A stretch of 64,000 nt of DNA from Candidatus Poribacteria bacterium (GTDB taxonomy: Bacteria > Poribacteria > WGA-4E > WGA-3G): positions 3,807,812-3,871,811 of the forward strand of contig OZ244048.1 of NCBI GenBank assembly GCA_965215265.1. Reading direction: 5' to 3'. Each line of letters opens with the position of its first letter. Position 1 is the stretch's first letter. The translations under genes were made by a program, and so were the position numbers. This document shows, in pieces, positions 26,208 through 34,696 of this stretch. The notes under the pieces were generated by a model that did no database searches, had not been told where the DNA came from, and saw only the letters and a program-made list of their open reading frames with translations.

Positions 26208-27098
26208 CTACTCTCTGTGATATGGCCGGAAGCCGCGCAGCATCAGACCTCTGTCATTAGAGGCCTTTTTTGCGGGTGCGGTACGTTTTTCCGCTGCAGC
26301 ACGATTTTCTGTGGTGGTGCCACCCACGACCACGTAGTCATCCGTGCGGCGATAACGGTTGATAAAGACCGGGCGCGGTTTGTCTGACATATTCTGTTTA
26401 GACCCGTGAACCGTCTTAACGTTAAAGAAGATAGAATCTCCTCCTTTGCCGGTGACAGGGAGTGCGCTCTCCCAGGGCCATTCATTCTCCTCTAATCCGA
26501 GGTGCGAAAAGGTATCAATATGCTTGAGTTGTCCTAGTCGATGCGAACCGGGTACGACGTGCAGCGCGCCGTTCACCAGATTTGTGTCTACAACGTAGTT
26601 TAGGATACCGACGGGACCCTCATAGCGGTGCTCAAAATACGCAGAGTCTTGGTGCAAATGTTTCGGATGCCCCCCGACAGGCTCTTTATAAAGACACTGG
26701 CCGCTGCCGAACAATTCAACGTTCGGTCCTAAGATTGCCTCAACGATGTTGACGGTGTGTTTATCAAAAGCGGATCGGAAGAAGGCTGCACTTGTCTGAT
26801 AATTGATGGCAAGTACCATAATCTGTTTATCGCGTTCGTAGCCGGATGGGGCTGGAATGAAAAGCGTGCCGTTGGGTGTTCGCCACCCTTCAACGATTTG
26901 TTCAGCCTGATCAAGTAGCACGAGTGACTCTGCCGCGGCGGCTTCAATGTCTTGATGAATCGCCTCAATGTATGGTGCCATCAAGCCTCGAACAACCAGG
27001 CAGCCGTGTTCTTTAAAGATGCTCGCTGCCTTTTGAACATCTAAATCGTCTAGGGACATCTCGAGTTGTTCAACGGTTATCTTATTTTTTTGACTCAC
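26208..27098 (-). CDS. PhyH-family / ectoine-hydroxylase-like Fe(II)/2OG oxygenase
   Basis: HQDSAYF (HxD) plus distal VHGS His. Third PhyH-type gene in the window. Confidence 0.6.
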   Translation of the reverse strand: MSQKNKITVEQLEMSLDDLDVQKAASIFKEHGCLVVRGLMAPYIEAIHQDIEAAAAESLVLLDQAEQIVEGWRTPNGTLFIPAPSGYERDKQIMVLAINYQTSAAFFRSAFDKHTVNIVEAILGPNVELFGSGQCLYKEPVGGHPKHLHQDSAYFEHRYEGPVGILNYVVDTNLVNGALHVVPGSHRLGQLKHIDTFSHLGLEENEWPWESALPVTGKGGDSIFFNVKTVHGSKQNMSDKPRPVFINRYRRTDDYVVVGGTTTENRAAAEKRTAPAKKASNDRGLMLRGFRPYHRE

Positions 27099-27142
27099 GA
27101 AATCTCCTCCTTATTGTAATGAATCATAGCATAGAAGGATTT

Positions 27143-27215
27143 GGGTGGGCGGGCGACGATCTATAGATGCCACCCACTGGGCGTTGATAGTACGGAGATA
27201 TACGAAAATACGAAA
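27143..27215. repeat. repeat patch incl. GATCTATAGATC palindrome and orphan leader module GTACGGAGATATACGAAAAT
   Basis: GGTGGGCGGGCGACGATCTATAGATGCCACCCAC...GATAGTACGGAGATATACGAAAATACG. The leader module points into the 3' end of ORF 27218-27559. Confidence 0.6.
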
Positions 27216-27217
27216 TT

Positions 27218-27559
27218 TTAGCCCCAAGGTGGCCTCCTACCAGTCAATTCAGCCAAATAGTCAGCTGTTTTGCGGACATCTGCATTGAGTTTCTTTTTCG
27301 CTTTCTTTGTGCCTGCATTTTCAGTGGTATAGGTTACACGGTAGTTTCCGTTTTTCATGCGCTGCAGTGCGTATTCGCCGGGGACATTCCGATTGACGTA
27401 CCGGAGCATATCGTGCAGCAGCCAATAGAGGTCTTCTGCAGAGTACCGGAGTTCATTATGCGCAGATTCTTTTTGTACTGCGTCGAGTGTCAGTTGAACA
27501 GCGTCAATAACTTCGGCGAGTGTATAGGATTTGTTTTCGGGTAAATGAATCGTGTTCAT
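27218..27559 (-). CDS. hypothetical 113-aa protein
   Basis: Starts directly after the repeat-borne leader GCCGAGATATACGAAAACATG. No identifiable domain. Confidence 0.4.
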   Translation of the reverse strand: MNTIHLPENKSYTLAEVIDAVQLTLDAVQKESAHNELRYSAEDLYWLLHDMLRYVNRNVPGEYALQRMKNGNYRVTYTTENAGTKKAKKKLNADVRKTADYLAELTGRRPPWG

Positions 27560-27900
27560 GTTTTCGTATATCTCGGCACCATCATTGCGTTTGTTTTGCT
27601 AGCTCGTGTGTTGGCAGGATAGGTGTTCTTTGTCTCTCCTTTCAGGAGAGACAAGTGGCGAGATAGGTAATCTTTCTCTGTCCATGAGAAAAGATTATCT
27701 TTTACCTGCCATCTATAGATCGGAGATGACTTAGGTAATGTCTTTAAAAATCAAAACATCAAAAGGCTCCGACGAGATTTGTAAAGGGTTTAACATAGCA
27801 GCAACCTTGTATTGGGCTCCTGTAGACGAAAAAACTAGATTTGTAAAGGTTTTAAGATTGCAGCAGCCTTTATTGGGCTCCTGTAGACGAAAAAAGGGTT
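27560..27900. repeat. composite repeat: leader module + family B hairpin unit + two family A units
   Basis: Hairpin GTCTCTCCTTTCAGGAGAGAC. Then GGCTCCGACGAGATTTGTAAAGG...TATTGGGCTCCTGTAGACGAAAAAA twice. The last ~7 codons and stop of the xdhC-like gene lie inside the final unit. Confidence 0.75.
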
Positions 27901-28985
27901 GGCATGCGGTTCGGAGTTCTATCAAAAGTTTGCAAGTTGTCAGATGCGTTGCGTATCTGAATTAATTGCGCTGCGATGCTGACAGCGATTTCCGGGACGG
28001 TTTTTGAGTTAATATCCAACCCGATAGGGGCGTAAACGCGTTGTAGATTTTCGGTGGAGATGCCCATTTCGGCTAAGTCGTCAAAGATGAGTTTTATCTT
28101 CCGGCGGCTGCCAATGAGCCCGATGTATCGTGCATCGGATTCAACGACGCTGTGAAGTGCGGACTCGTCGTGCTGATGTCCGCGCGTCACAATGACGACG
28201 TAGGTAAGATAATTAATGGGGTATTTGCGTAGTTCTTCAGCGATGTCGCCGATGATAATTTCGTCTGCTTCGGGGAGCCGTTCAGACGATGCGAAGTCGA
28301 CTCTATCGTCAACGATAGTAATGTCAAAATCCAACCAGTTACCGAGGTGACAGAGTGCCTGTCCGACGTGCCCAGCGCCTGCGATGAGCAAGGTGGGGCG
28401 CGGCTGCAGCGGTTCAAGAAAAACCGAGTGTGTTTGGTTAAGTTGGAAGAGTACTGGGCGGTTTTTTTCAAGAATGGAGTCTATTTTGCTATGTACGGTG
28501 GTTTCCAAGGCTGCATCACCGAGAGTGCCGATGCGCTCGCCGTTCGTTGCGAAGACCATCTTCATGCCGACATCCACACGGCCCTCTTCGCTTTTCACAA
28601 CTGTTGCACAAACGAGAGGTATCTTTCGGGCATTGAGTTGTTGTATACGCGTGAACATCTCTGCTTCATCGGTGGTCTTGGGCAAATCGATGAAGATTTT
28701 CATATTCCCCCCACAGATGAGGCCGTCGTCCCAACCATAGTCGCTATCCAATTGAAACTCAAGCAGTCGTGGTACCCCGCCCTGCATCAAGCCGATAGCT
28801 TGTCGGCGTGCTTCAGCTTCGACACAGCCTCCGCCGAGGGTGCCGATATTGCGAAGATCCGGAAGGATTAACAACTTCGAGCCGGGCTTTTGGGGTGTTG
28901 AGCCTTTCGTTTCGACAACGGTGCAGTAGGCACCGACTTGTGAAGTTTCAATAAGTTCTGGGATTTTTTTGTATATTTTTTTCAT
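27870..28985 (-). CDS. XdhC/CoxI-family molybdoenzyme maturation (MoCo insertion) protein
   Basis: N-terminal XdhC_CoxI region (AYCTVVETKGSTPQKPGSKLL...GTLGGGCVEAEA). C-terminal Rossmann LLIAGAGHVGQAL. Confidence 0.8.
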   Translation of the reverse strand: MKKIYKKIPELIETSQVGAYCTVVETKGSTPQKPGSKLLILPDLRNIGTLGGGCVEAEARRQAIGLMQGGVPRLLEFQLDSDYGWDDGLICGGNMKIFIDLPKTTDEAEMFTRIQQLNARKIPLVCATVVKSEEGRVDVGMKMVFATNGERIGTLGDAALETTVHSKIDSILEKNRPVLFQLNQTHSVFLEPLQPRPTLLIAGAGHVGQALCHLGNWLDFDITIVDDRVDFASSERLPEADEIIIGDIAEELRKYPINYLTYVVIVTRGHQHDESALHSVVESDARYIGLIGSRRKIKLIFDDLAEMGISTENLQRVYAPIGLDINSKTVPEIAVSIAAQLIQIRNASDNLQTFDRTPNRMPTLFSSTGAQ

Positions 28986-29085
28986 TTTCTTGTATATCTC
29001 CGTACCATCAACGTCTGTGTTTTGATGAGTCGTGTTATAAAGATTTTTACATTGCAGCAGCCTTTATGGGGCTGAAATATACTAA
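28986..29085. repeat. leader module + family A unit
   Basis: Reverse complement reads ...CAGACGTTGATGGTACGGAGATATACAAGAAAATG (xdhC-like start). Plus GCAGCAGCCTTTATGGGGCTGAAATATAC. Confidence 0.7.
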
Positions 29086-29964
29086 AGACTGTTCTTCCGC
29101 GCTATGTGCGACCAATTGTTTAAACACGTCGCGTTGTTCTTTAGTGAGTGAGAGTGGGACGATACCTTCCACACCGTCGGTTCCAATTTTTGCGGGGACG
29201 TTCAGGTAAACCGCCGTTTCATCCGTAGCGAGGTAAGTTCCAACACTCATCACCCGTTTTTTATCGTGGGCGATGGCTGAGATCACTTGCAATAGATAAC
29301 TAATCCATGTATATTCGCCGGTTGTTGGGGGAGTACTGGTCTCATTAAGGGTTTGCACCTCAATTTCGGGCATGATTTGTGATAAGGGTATACCGTTGAT
29401 GCGGCAGTATTGAGGGAGGGGGTGCGTCTCCTGGTCGTTTCCGATGGCGAGCACTGTCACATCCTTGACAGACATGTTTAGTTTTTTTGTAATTTGAGAG
29501 ATTAAATGTGCGGTTGCAGTGGGGTTCGCCAGTCCGATGACTCTATGTTGCGCTGCGGCAGTTGCCTGCTGTATCCATGCTGCCATGTAATTCGCTGGTG
29601 ATAGGGCAACTAATATCTTCGCATCGGGTGTGTGCTGCTGGATGGCAGGCACAAACTGCCGTGCCAAGGCGATGCTCGTTGTTTTAGATGCTTGTGGAGA
29701 GCGGAAGTGGTTTTGCCCTACCTGCGGCATCAGTACTACGATGTCCGCACCGTTGCATCCATCTAGTGTGGATACGAAAGAGAGTTGTGTATCACTGCGA
29801 CTCATCGCATTCGCCGCAACGAGTTCTTGTAGACTTTTCGGATTTATCCGCTTGGCAAACGTGCTTCCTGAGATGAAAGTGATTTGAGTCGCTAATTCTG
29901 CATGCCCTAAGCCCCATGCAAGCGGCAGTGCCAACTGACTTTCCCCTAATAAAACTATTTTCAT
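29047..29964 (-). CDS. lactate/malate dehydrogenase-like protein with degenerate dinucleotide-binding loop
   Basis: MKIVLLGESQLA replaces the canonical G-x-G-x-x-G. Overall LDH/MDH-like length. Start ATG 29964 follows leader GGTACGGAGATATACAAAAGAATG. The 75-codon extension in the ORF track reads through the repeat. Confidence 0.55.
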   Translation of the reverse strand: MKIVLLGESQLALPLAWGLGHAELATQITFISGSTFAKRINPKSLQELVAANAMSRSDTQLSFVSTLDGCNGADIVVLMPQVGQNHFRSPQASKTTSIALARQFVPAIQQHTPDAKILVALSPANYMAAWIQQATAAAQHRVIGLANPTATAHLISQITKKLNMSVKDVTVLAIGNDQETHPLPQYCRINGIPLSQIMPEIEVQTLNETSTPPTTGEYTWISYLLQVISAIAHDKKRVMSVGTYLATDETAVYLNVPAKIGTDGVEGIVPLSLTKEQRDVFKQLVAHSAEEQSLVYFSPIKAAAM

Positions 29965-30115
29965 TCTTTTGTATATCTCCGTACTATCAACGCTTATGTC
30001 ATGATAACTCGTGTGTTGGCAGGTTCGGTTTTTTTGTCTGTCCTTCAGGAGAGACAAAAAAACCTTATCCGGCCACATCAATCCGTATTGGGCTCCTATA
30101 TACAAAAAACCGAGT
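29965..30115. repeat. leader module + family B hairpin + family A fragment
   Basis: CCTGCCAACACACGAGTTATCATGACATAAGCGTTGATAGTACGGAGATATAC (rc). Hairpin TTTTTTTGTCTGTCCTTCAGGAGAGACAAAAAAA. Then CCGTATTGGGCTCCTATATACAAAAAA. Confidence 0.7.
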
Positions 30116-30118
30116 CTC

Positions 30119-32878
30119 CTATAAAAGGGTTTCAAGGATTGCCTGAAATTGTTCTTCAAGATGTTTCCGTTGTTTATCGATATCTGCATCGGCAGCGAGT
30201 TTTGTGGTGACGAGTTCGTCGTAACGTTCGACGTACTCCATCAAGGTTTCGACTTCTTTCTCGTAGCAAACGGCGGAGGCGAGGACCTTTTCTTTGAGGA
30301 ATAAAGGGAGTTCGGCGGTAGTAATCTGTGTGAGTTCCCAGCGCCACACCTTTTCGGAGATATAAGTCACAAACTGATTGAGAGGTTCACCCTTATAATC
30401 GGTTTCTTGGAGGACTTTAACCTCTTGTATTAACCCGAGTACGTGGTTAAAGAGTTCGTCAGGGAAGTTGTTTCTCAATTCCATGAGAATTCTACCGGTT
30501 GTAGATATCGGGATATGATTTTGCAGGAGGAACATCCGTAGGTTTGGATAATCGTCAACGCCTTTGCTATGTGCAAGCCATGTGTCGCCTATTTCTGGAA
30601 GTTCACTCAGATCGAAGCTAAGTACCTGTTTCTTCCGAATTTCCTCGAGTTTTCCGTCTCTAGGGTTGAGAGCTGCGGTGGCGAGGGTTGCTATAGCCGT
30701 TTGATGTCGATATGGCTCAAGAAACGCGATGAGATCCATGACTTTTTCTTGTTCGGCTTCGAGCGTCTGTAGGTGTTTAGGGTGGGCGGTTTTTGCCCGC
30801 CCACGTTTCTGTTTTTTACGAGTTTTGGGTGCATTCGTCAAGCGTGAAGCGCGTTTTTCAAGGATTTGGTGGTAATTGTGGAATTCTTCGCCGAGTGAGG
30901 CGAGTAGTGCATCGCCATGTATTGCCAGCATCCCCTCGGTGGTGATATCCGCCAATTGGTATCCGGTTTTTACGCTGAGTGCACGATTCAAATTTCGTTC
31001 AAGCACTTTCCGGTCTTTCTCATTTTGTATGATGAGTGTGCTGCCAAGGGTAAGGTTGATTAGCCTTTTCGTCTGTTCCGGTACACTGATGTTGATATCG
31101 CATGTCGGCTGGAACTTGTCGAGCAGCAGCTGCCGCAGTTTTCCATCAAGGAGTAGCGTCCACAAGTTTGCATAATGCTGTTGCAGGTTATCTGTGGTTG
31201 GTGCATTTTTGACCCACTGCTTTATGATGTTGAAATTAGCCTTGACATGGTTGAGAAGTGCCTCGCAATCGTCTTCGTTGATTTCAAAGCCGGCAAAGTC
31301 AGGCTGGTTTCGTTGTTGGACGGGTTGCTTTCGGCGGCGCGTTGGTGCCGTTTTAGGGCTTAACAAAATATCAACTAACGGTTGCGTAACGGTTTCAAAA
31401 TCTTGTCTATTTTCGCTTGTGTAGTTAGCGAGTGCGAGCAATTCTAACCAGACTGTTCTGAGCCGTTCCAGCTGCGTTGCATGTAAGGTAGAACGTAGGG
31501 CGATGCCGGAGATTTTTTGGCGCACCGATGCTCGCGTCCAGTTCGGCAGATAAATCTTATCCAGCGGTTCCCCATTCTCAAAAGTTAAGAGGTCAAGAGA
31601 CTTCGCGAGTCCGGGCTGTATGAAGTCGGTCTCAAAAATCAGGTCATGAAAAAGCCCGGCGGCCCTATCTAACACGTGATTGGTGAGTTTATAGCAGGAT
31701 TGGATGAGGAGGTTCAAGGTGAGTTGTTGATTATCTTCCAGCTGCCAAAACTCTATCATGGGGTCGATGTTGTGTATGAGAGTCTCAGTTTTCGCCTTTG
31801 CGGCATGCTCTTCAAACTCTTCGGTAAGATATTCTGTATAGAATTCGATAAACGTCATGATGGTATTGCGTAATTCTGCAATGACGAGTTCATCCCATAC
31901 CTTATTGTGAACACGTTGCCCGGGGGTGAGTACAAGTGCGCGCAAGCGGGTTTCAACGCCTTGTTGGAATTGGGTCATGAGTTGATATGCGTGCCGGTTT
32001 GCCTTGCGCATATAGGTTTCAATTTTCTCCGAGCTTTGGACAATTACCTCATGAATCTGTTGAGTAGGTGCAGTGAATTCGATCGGCAGTAACTGAAGTG
32101 TCTCCGGTTGAAGCGGATCGTAAACCGCGGCTGTTGGGAAGACCTTTAAGGAATCGGCATTAGTTGTTTCTGCTAAGGTGGTTTGAAGTGTTAAACCGTA
32201 TTCTAAATCGACAAGGTCTGGGTACTGCTTAATATGCGTACGGAGGACGACAAGTGCTACGTCGTAAGGATTTGCCTGAACCGTGTGATTCAGGATATCT
32301 TCATTGAGATGTAGTTGGTGGATATGGGTCTGTTCAGGAATAATAACTGTAACTGGTGGGATCTCCGCGTTCTCTTTATCTCTATGTTGCGCGAGTATAT
32401 ATCCGCCAGTTTTAATGGTGCTGGGAACAGTGAGCCGGACCTGTAAGATTTCCTGGGCGAGTTCTGACAGGGTCAGAGTTCTGCCTAAGTGTTGGACAGT
32501 AATGTCGGAGACAACACCGTCTGCGAAATCGGCAATTTGCCGTGCGTTCCGTTCTAGTTCTTGTATACTTCTATGAATTTTGTTATGATCGTCGTCCGTT
32601 TCGGCGATAATTTTGGCTTCGTCGAGCCAAGATGCCCATGCGCCCGGACGCGGTTTCATTTTGACAGTGAGTGTACCGTCTTGCGAGTCGAAGCCGGGCA
32701 GGATGTCGCCTTCGGATGTCGCCTTCGGTGTCCAAATAATAAGATGTTTATCGGTTTTGGCACCGAGCCCGATTCCGAAGGTATCCCCCCAACTCATTCT
32801 GCCTTCGACACTAGATTTGATTTTATCAGTTAGCGCGAAAAGCGAATCTGAATGAAAATTAAGTGATAAACCTTGCAT
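30119..32878 (-). CDS. large hypothetical protein (919 aa), no recognisable catalytic motif
   Basis: Uninterrupted 2760-nt ORF. Predominantly helical composition. No Walker A, DEAD, PD-(D/E)XK, HNH or HEPN motif found by eye. Flanked on both sides by repeats. Next to the MT-A70 MTase. Confidence 0.6.
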   Translation of the reverse strand: MQGLSLNFHSDSLFALTDKIKSSVEGRMSWGDTFGIGLGAKTDKHLIIWTPKATSEGDILPGFDSQDGTLTVKMKPRPGAWASWLDEAKIIAETDDDHNKIHRSIQELERNARQIADFADGVVSDITVQHLGRTLTLSELAQEILQVRLTVPSTIKTGGYILAQHRDKENAEIPPVTVIIPEQTHIHQLHLNEDILNHTVQANPYDVALVVLRTHIKQYPDLVDLEYGLTLQTTLAETTNADSLKVFPTAAVYDPLQPETLQLLPIEFTAPTQQIHEVIVQSSEKIETYMRKANRHAYQLMTQFQQGVETRLRALVLTPGQRVHNKVWDELVIAELRNTIMTFIEFYTEYLTEEFEEHAAKAKTETLIHNIDPMIEFWQLEDNQQLTLNLLIQSCYKLTNHVLDRAAGLFHDLIFETDFIQPGLAKSLDLLTFENGEPLDKIYLPNWTRASVRQKISGIALRSTLHATQLERLRTVWLELLALANYTSENRQDFETVTQPLVDILLSPKTAPTRRRKQPVQQRNQPDFAGFEINEDDCEALLNHVKANFNIIKQWVKNAPTTDNLQQHYANLWTLLLDGKLRQLLLDKFQPTCDINISVPEQTKRLINLTLGSTLIIQNEKDRKVLERNLNRALSVKTGYQLADITTEGMLAIHGDALLASLGEEFHNYHQILEKRASRLTNAPKTRKKQKRGRAKTAHPKHLQTLEAEQEKVMDLIAFLEPYRHQTAIATLATAALNPRDGKLEEIRKKQVLSFDLSELPEIGDTWLAHSKGVDDYPNLRMFLLQNHIPISTTGRILMELRNNFPDELFNHVLGLIQEVKVLQETDYKGEPLNQFVTYISEKVWRWELTQITTAELPLFLKEKVLASAVCYEKEVETLMEYVERYDELVTTKLAADADIDKQRKHLEEQFQAILETLL

Positions 32879-32950
32879 TGGGTTGATTCAATCGTTTTGT
32901 ATGGATAGGCTGCGGCAACGCAGACTCAATCTTTGTCGGCGTTGACAGCT

Positions 32951-33112
32951 TTTTGTATACAGGAGCCCCATAAAGGCTGCTGCAATCTTAAAACCTTTAC
33001 AAATCCTGTTCTTTCGTATATTTCAGCCCCATAAAGGCTGCTGCAATCTTAAAACCTTTACAACACGAGTTATCATGACATAAGCGTTGACGGTACCGAG
33101 ATATACGAAAAT
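32951..33112. repeat. family A repeats, 2 tandem units + orphan leader module
   Basis: CCCATAAAGGCTGCTGCAATCTTAAAACCTTTACAA twice (32965-33003, 33019-33063). Then CATAAGCGTTGACGGTACCGAGATATACGAAAAT with no ORF after it. Confidence 0.75.
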
Positions 33113-33121
33113 CGTCTTCAA

Positions 33122-33703
33122 TTACGTAGCAGTTTGTATATCAAGTCCCCATACATCCCATCCTTGGATCTGCTTACGCGCAAAAAGTTCTATTTTCCGG
33201 TGGTATGGGAACATCTTCTCAATCCGTTCTCGCACCTCATCCGGTTTTTCAGAATGGCGCGTCCGTTTTGCTTGTACCAATTGTCGAATATTTCTGGCAC
33301 CTCTGGGTTGTGGGATTTTCCCACGTTTGAAGACGAGGCACAGTTCACATTGGCTCATCGTATAGAAGCCGGGGTTTACAGCGAGTTTATCCCATACGAA
33401 AGCGACGGTTGCCCACTGGAATCCCCATCTTGTAGCGAGTTCGATTGCTTGTGCCAGATGTGGTGACGAACTCCACATAAAAAGGAGACAATTTTCTTCG
33501 CAGATTACAGAGATATTCCAAGCTGCCATTTCTGAGACGGTGACGGTAGGATAGTGTTTAATGGCCCCGCCGCTGTCTCGTCCACCGCTTCCTGTATGTT
33601 GGAGTTGTCCTTTGTAGTCCCATGGCGGATCTGCGTAGATAATATCGTACTGTTTGTTCGGAAATGGAACAGCTACAGCTGCTATAGTGTCCTTTTGTCT
33701 CAT
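33122..33703 (-). CDS. MT-A70-family DNA N6-adenine methyltransferase
   Basis: Motif IV IIYADPPWDYKG (DPPW is the MT-A70 hallmark). ~190 aa. Start ATG 33703 (MRQKDTIAAV). ORF track begins 27 codons earlier. Confidence 0.7.
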   Translation of the reverse strand: MRQKDTIAAVAVPFPNKQYDIIYADPPWDYKGQLQHTGSGGRDSGGAIKHYPTVTVSEMAAWNISVICEENCLLFMWSSSPHLAQAIELATRWGFQWATVAFVWDKLAVNPGFYTMSQCELCLVFKRGKIPQPRGARNIRQLVQAKRTRHSEKPDEVRERIEKMFPYHRKIELFARKQIQGWDVWGLDIQTAT

Positions 33704-33853
33704 AAAATCGGTTTTTTTTCGGCTACGGCAGCACGTCACCGCCGCCAACAAAACGCGTCTGAGCCTTTCTCGGTTATGATACAAAACTTCACGGTGCGAT
33801 GTATACCGTATATTCGTTCGGATGCATCCGGCATGAAGATAAGTGCTGCCGGT

Positions 33854-34402
33854 CTATTTGGCTTCGACACTGAGTCCTTCTTGCGGGATATCATTGTTTG
33901 CGACTAGCATATCCCGGTTAAAGATGAAGTCGCTGCGAGAACTACCGAGGCTTTCTCCGGCTTTCTGACGTTCCCGGAAATATTGTGGGAGTGTGAGTCC
34001 GGTCATACGGATTGCATCTTCTGGGCAGGCTTCGACGCAATATCCGCAAAAGATACAGCGCAGCATGTTGATTTCAAAAAGATCTGGATATTTCTCGCGT
34101 TGATAACCTTCCTTCGTCAACCATCCTTGAGGGGCAGGTGCTGCTTGTATTGTGATGCAATCAGCCGGGCAAGCTGTGGCGCATAAGAAACAGGCGACAC
34201 ACTTTATCTCATCTTTCTCTGTTTTGGTTAATTTGTGAATCCCGCGATAGCGTTCGTTCCGTTCATTGACACTTCTGGGATCTTCCGGGTACTGGTAAGT
34301 TAGTTTCTTCTTTGGCAGATGTTTTAGTGTGGTAAACATCCCCTTAATGAGGGCTGGGATATAGAGTCGATCCCAAAAAGACATTTCTTCGTTAACTTTC
34401 AT
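33854..34402 (-). CDS. NuoI-like 2x[4Fe-4S] ferredoxin (NADH-quinone oxidoreductase subunit I family), orphan
   Basis: Two CxxCxxCxxxCP motifs (CVACFLCATACPADCI and CIFCGYCVEACPEDAI). Start ATG 34402 with SD AGGAAGG. No other nuo genes adjacent. Confidence 0.65.
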   Translation of the reverse strand: MKVNEEMSFWDRLYIPALIKGMFTTLKHLPKKKLTYQYPEDPRSVNERNERYRGIHKLTKTEKDEIKCVACFLCATACPADCITIQAAPAPQGWLTKEGYQREKYPDLFEINMLRCIFCGYCVEACPEDAIRMTGLTLPQYFRERQKAGESLGSSRSDFIFNRDMLVANNDIPQEGLSVEAK

Positions 34403-34420
34403 GGTAGCCTTCCTTTTTTT

Positions 34421-34655
34421 GTTTTTCGTATACAGGAGCCCCATAAAGGCTGCTGCTTTGATAAATCCTTTACAAATCTCGTTCTTTCGTATACAGGAGC
34501 CCCATAAAGGCTGCTGCTATATTAAATCCTTTACAAATCTCGCCGGAGCCTTCTTATGCTATGAATCTAAACACCGGGCGGCTTCGACGAGATTTACACA
34601 CGAATTATTATTACATAAGCGTTGATGGTACGGAGATATACAAAAAAAACAATGC
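34421..34655. repeat. family A repeats: 2 x ~60-bp tandem units + orphan leader module
   Basis: GTT(T/C)TTCGTATACAGGAGCCCCATAAAGGCTGCTGC...CCTTTACAAATCTC at 34421-34480 and 34481-34541. Then GGCTTCGACGAGATTTACA and CATAAGCGTTGATGGTACGGAGATATACAAAAAAAACAATG (5-codon ORF only). Confidence 0.75.
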
Positions 34656-34696
34656 ATCAAGCGTTGTAGGGCTGCAGTATACAAAAATGCTCCTTG

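Noticed and set aside
33854-34402. NuoI as evidence of a complex-I operon in this window
   Set aside because: No other nuo genes on either side. Flanked by an MTase and repeats. Treated as an orphan ferredoxin.
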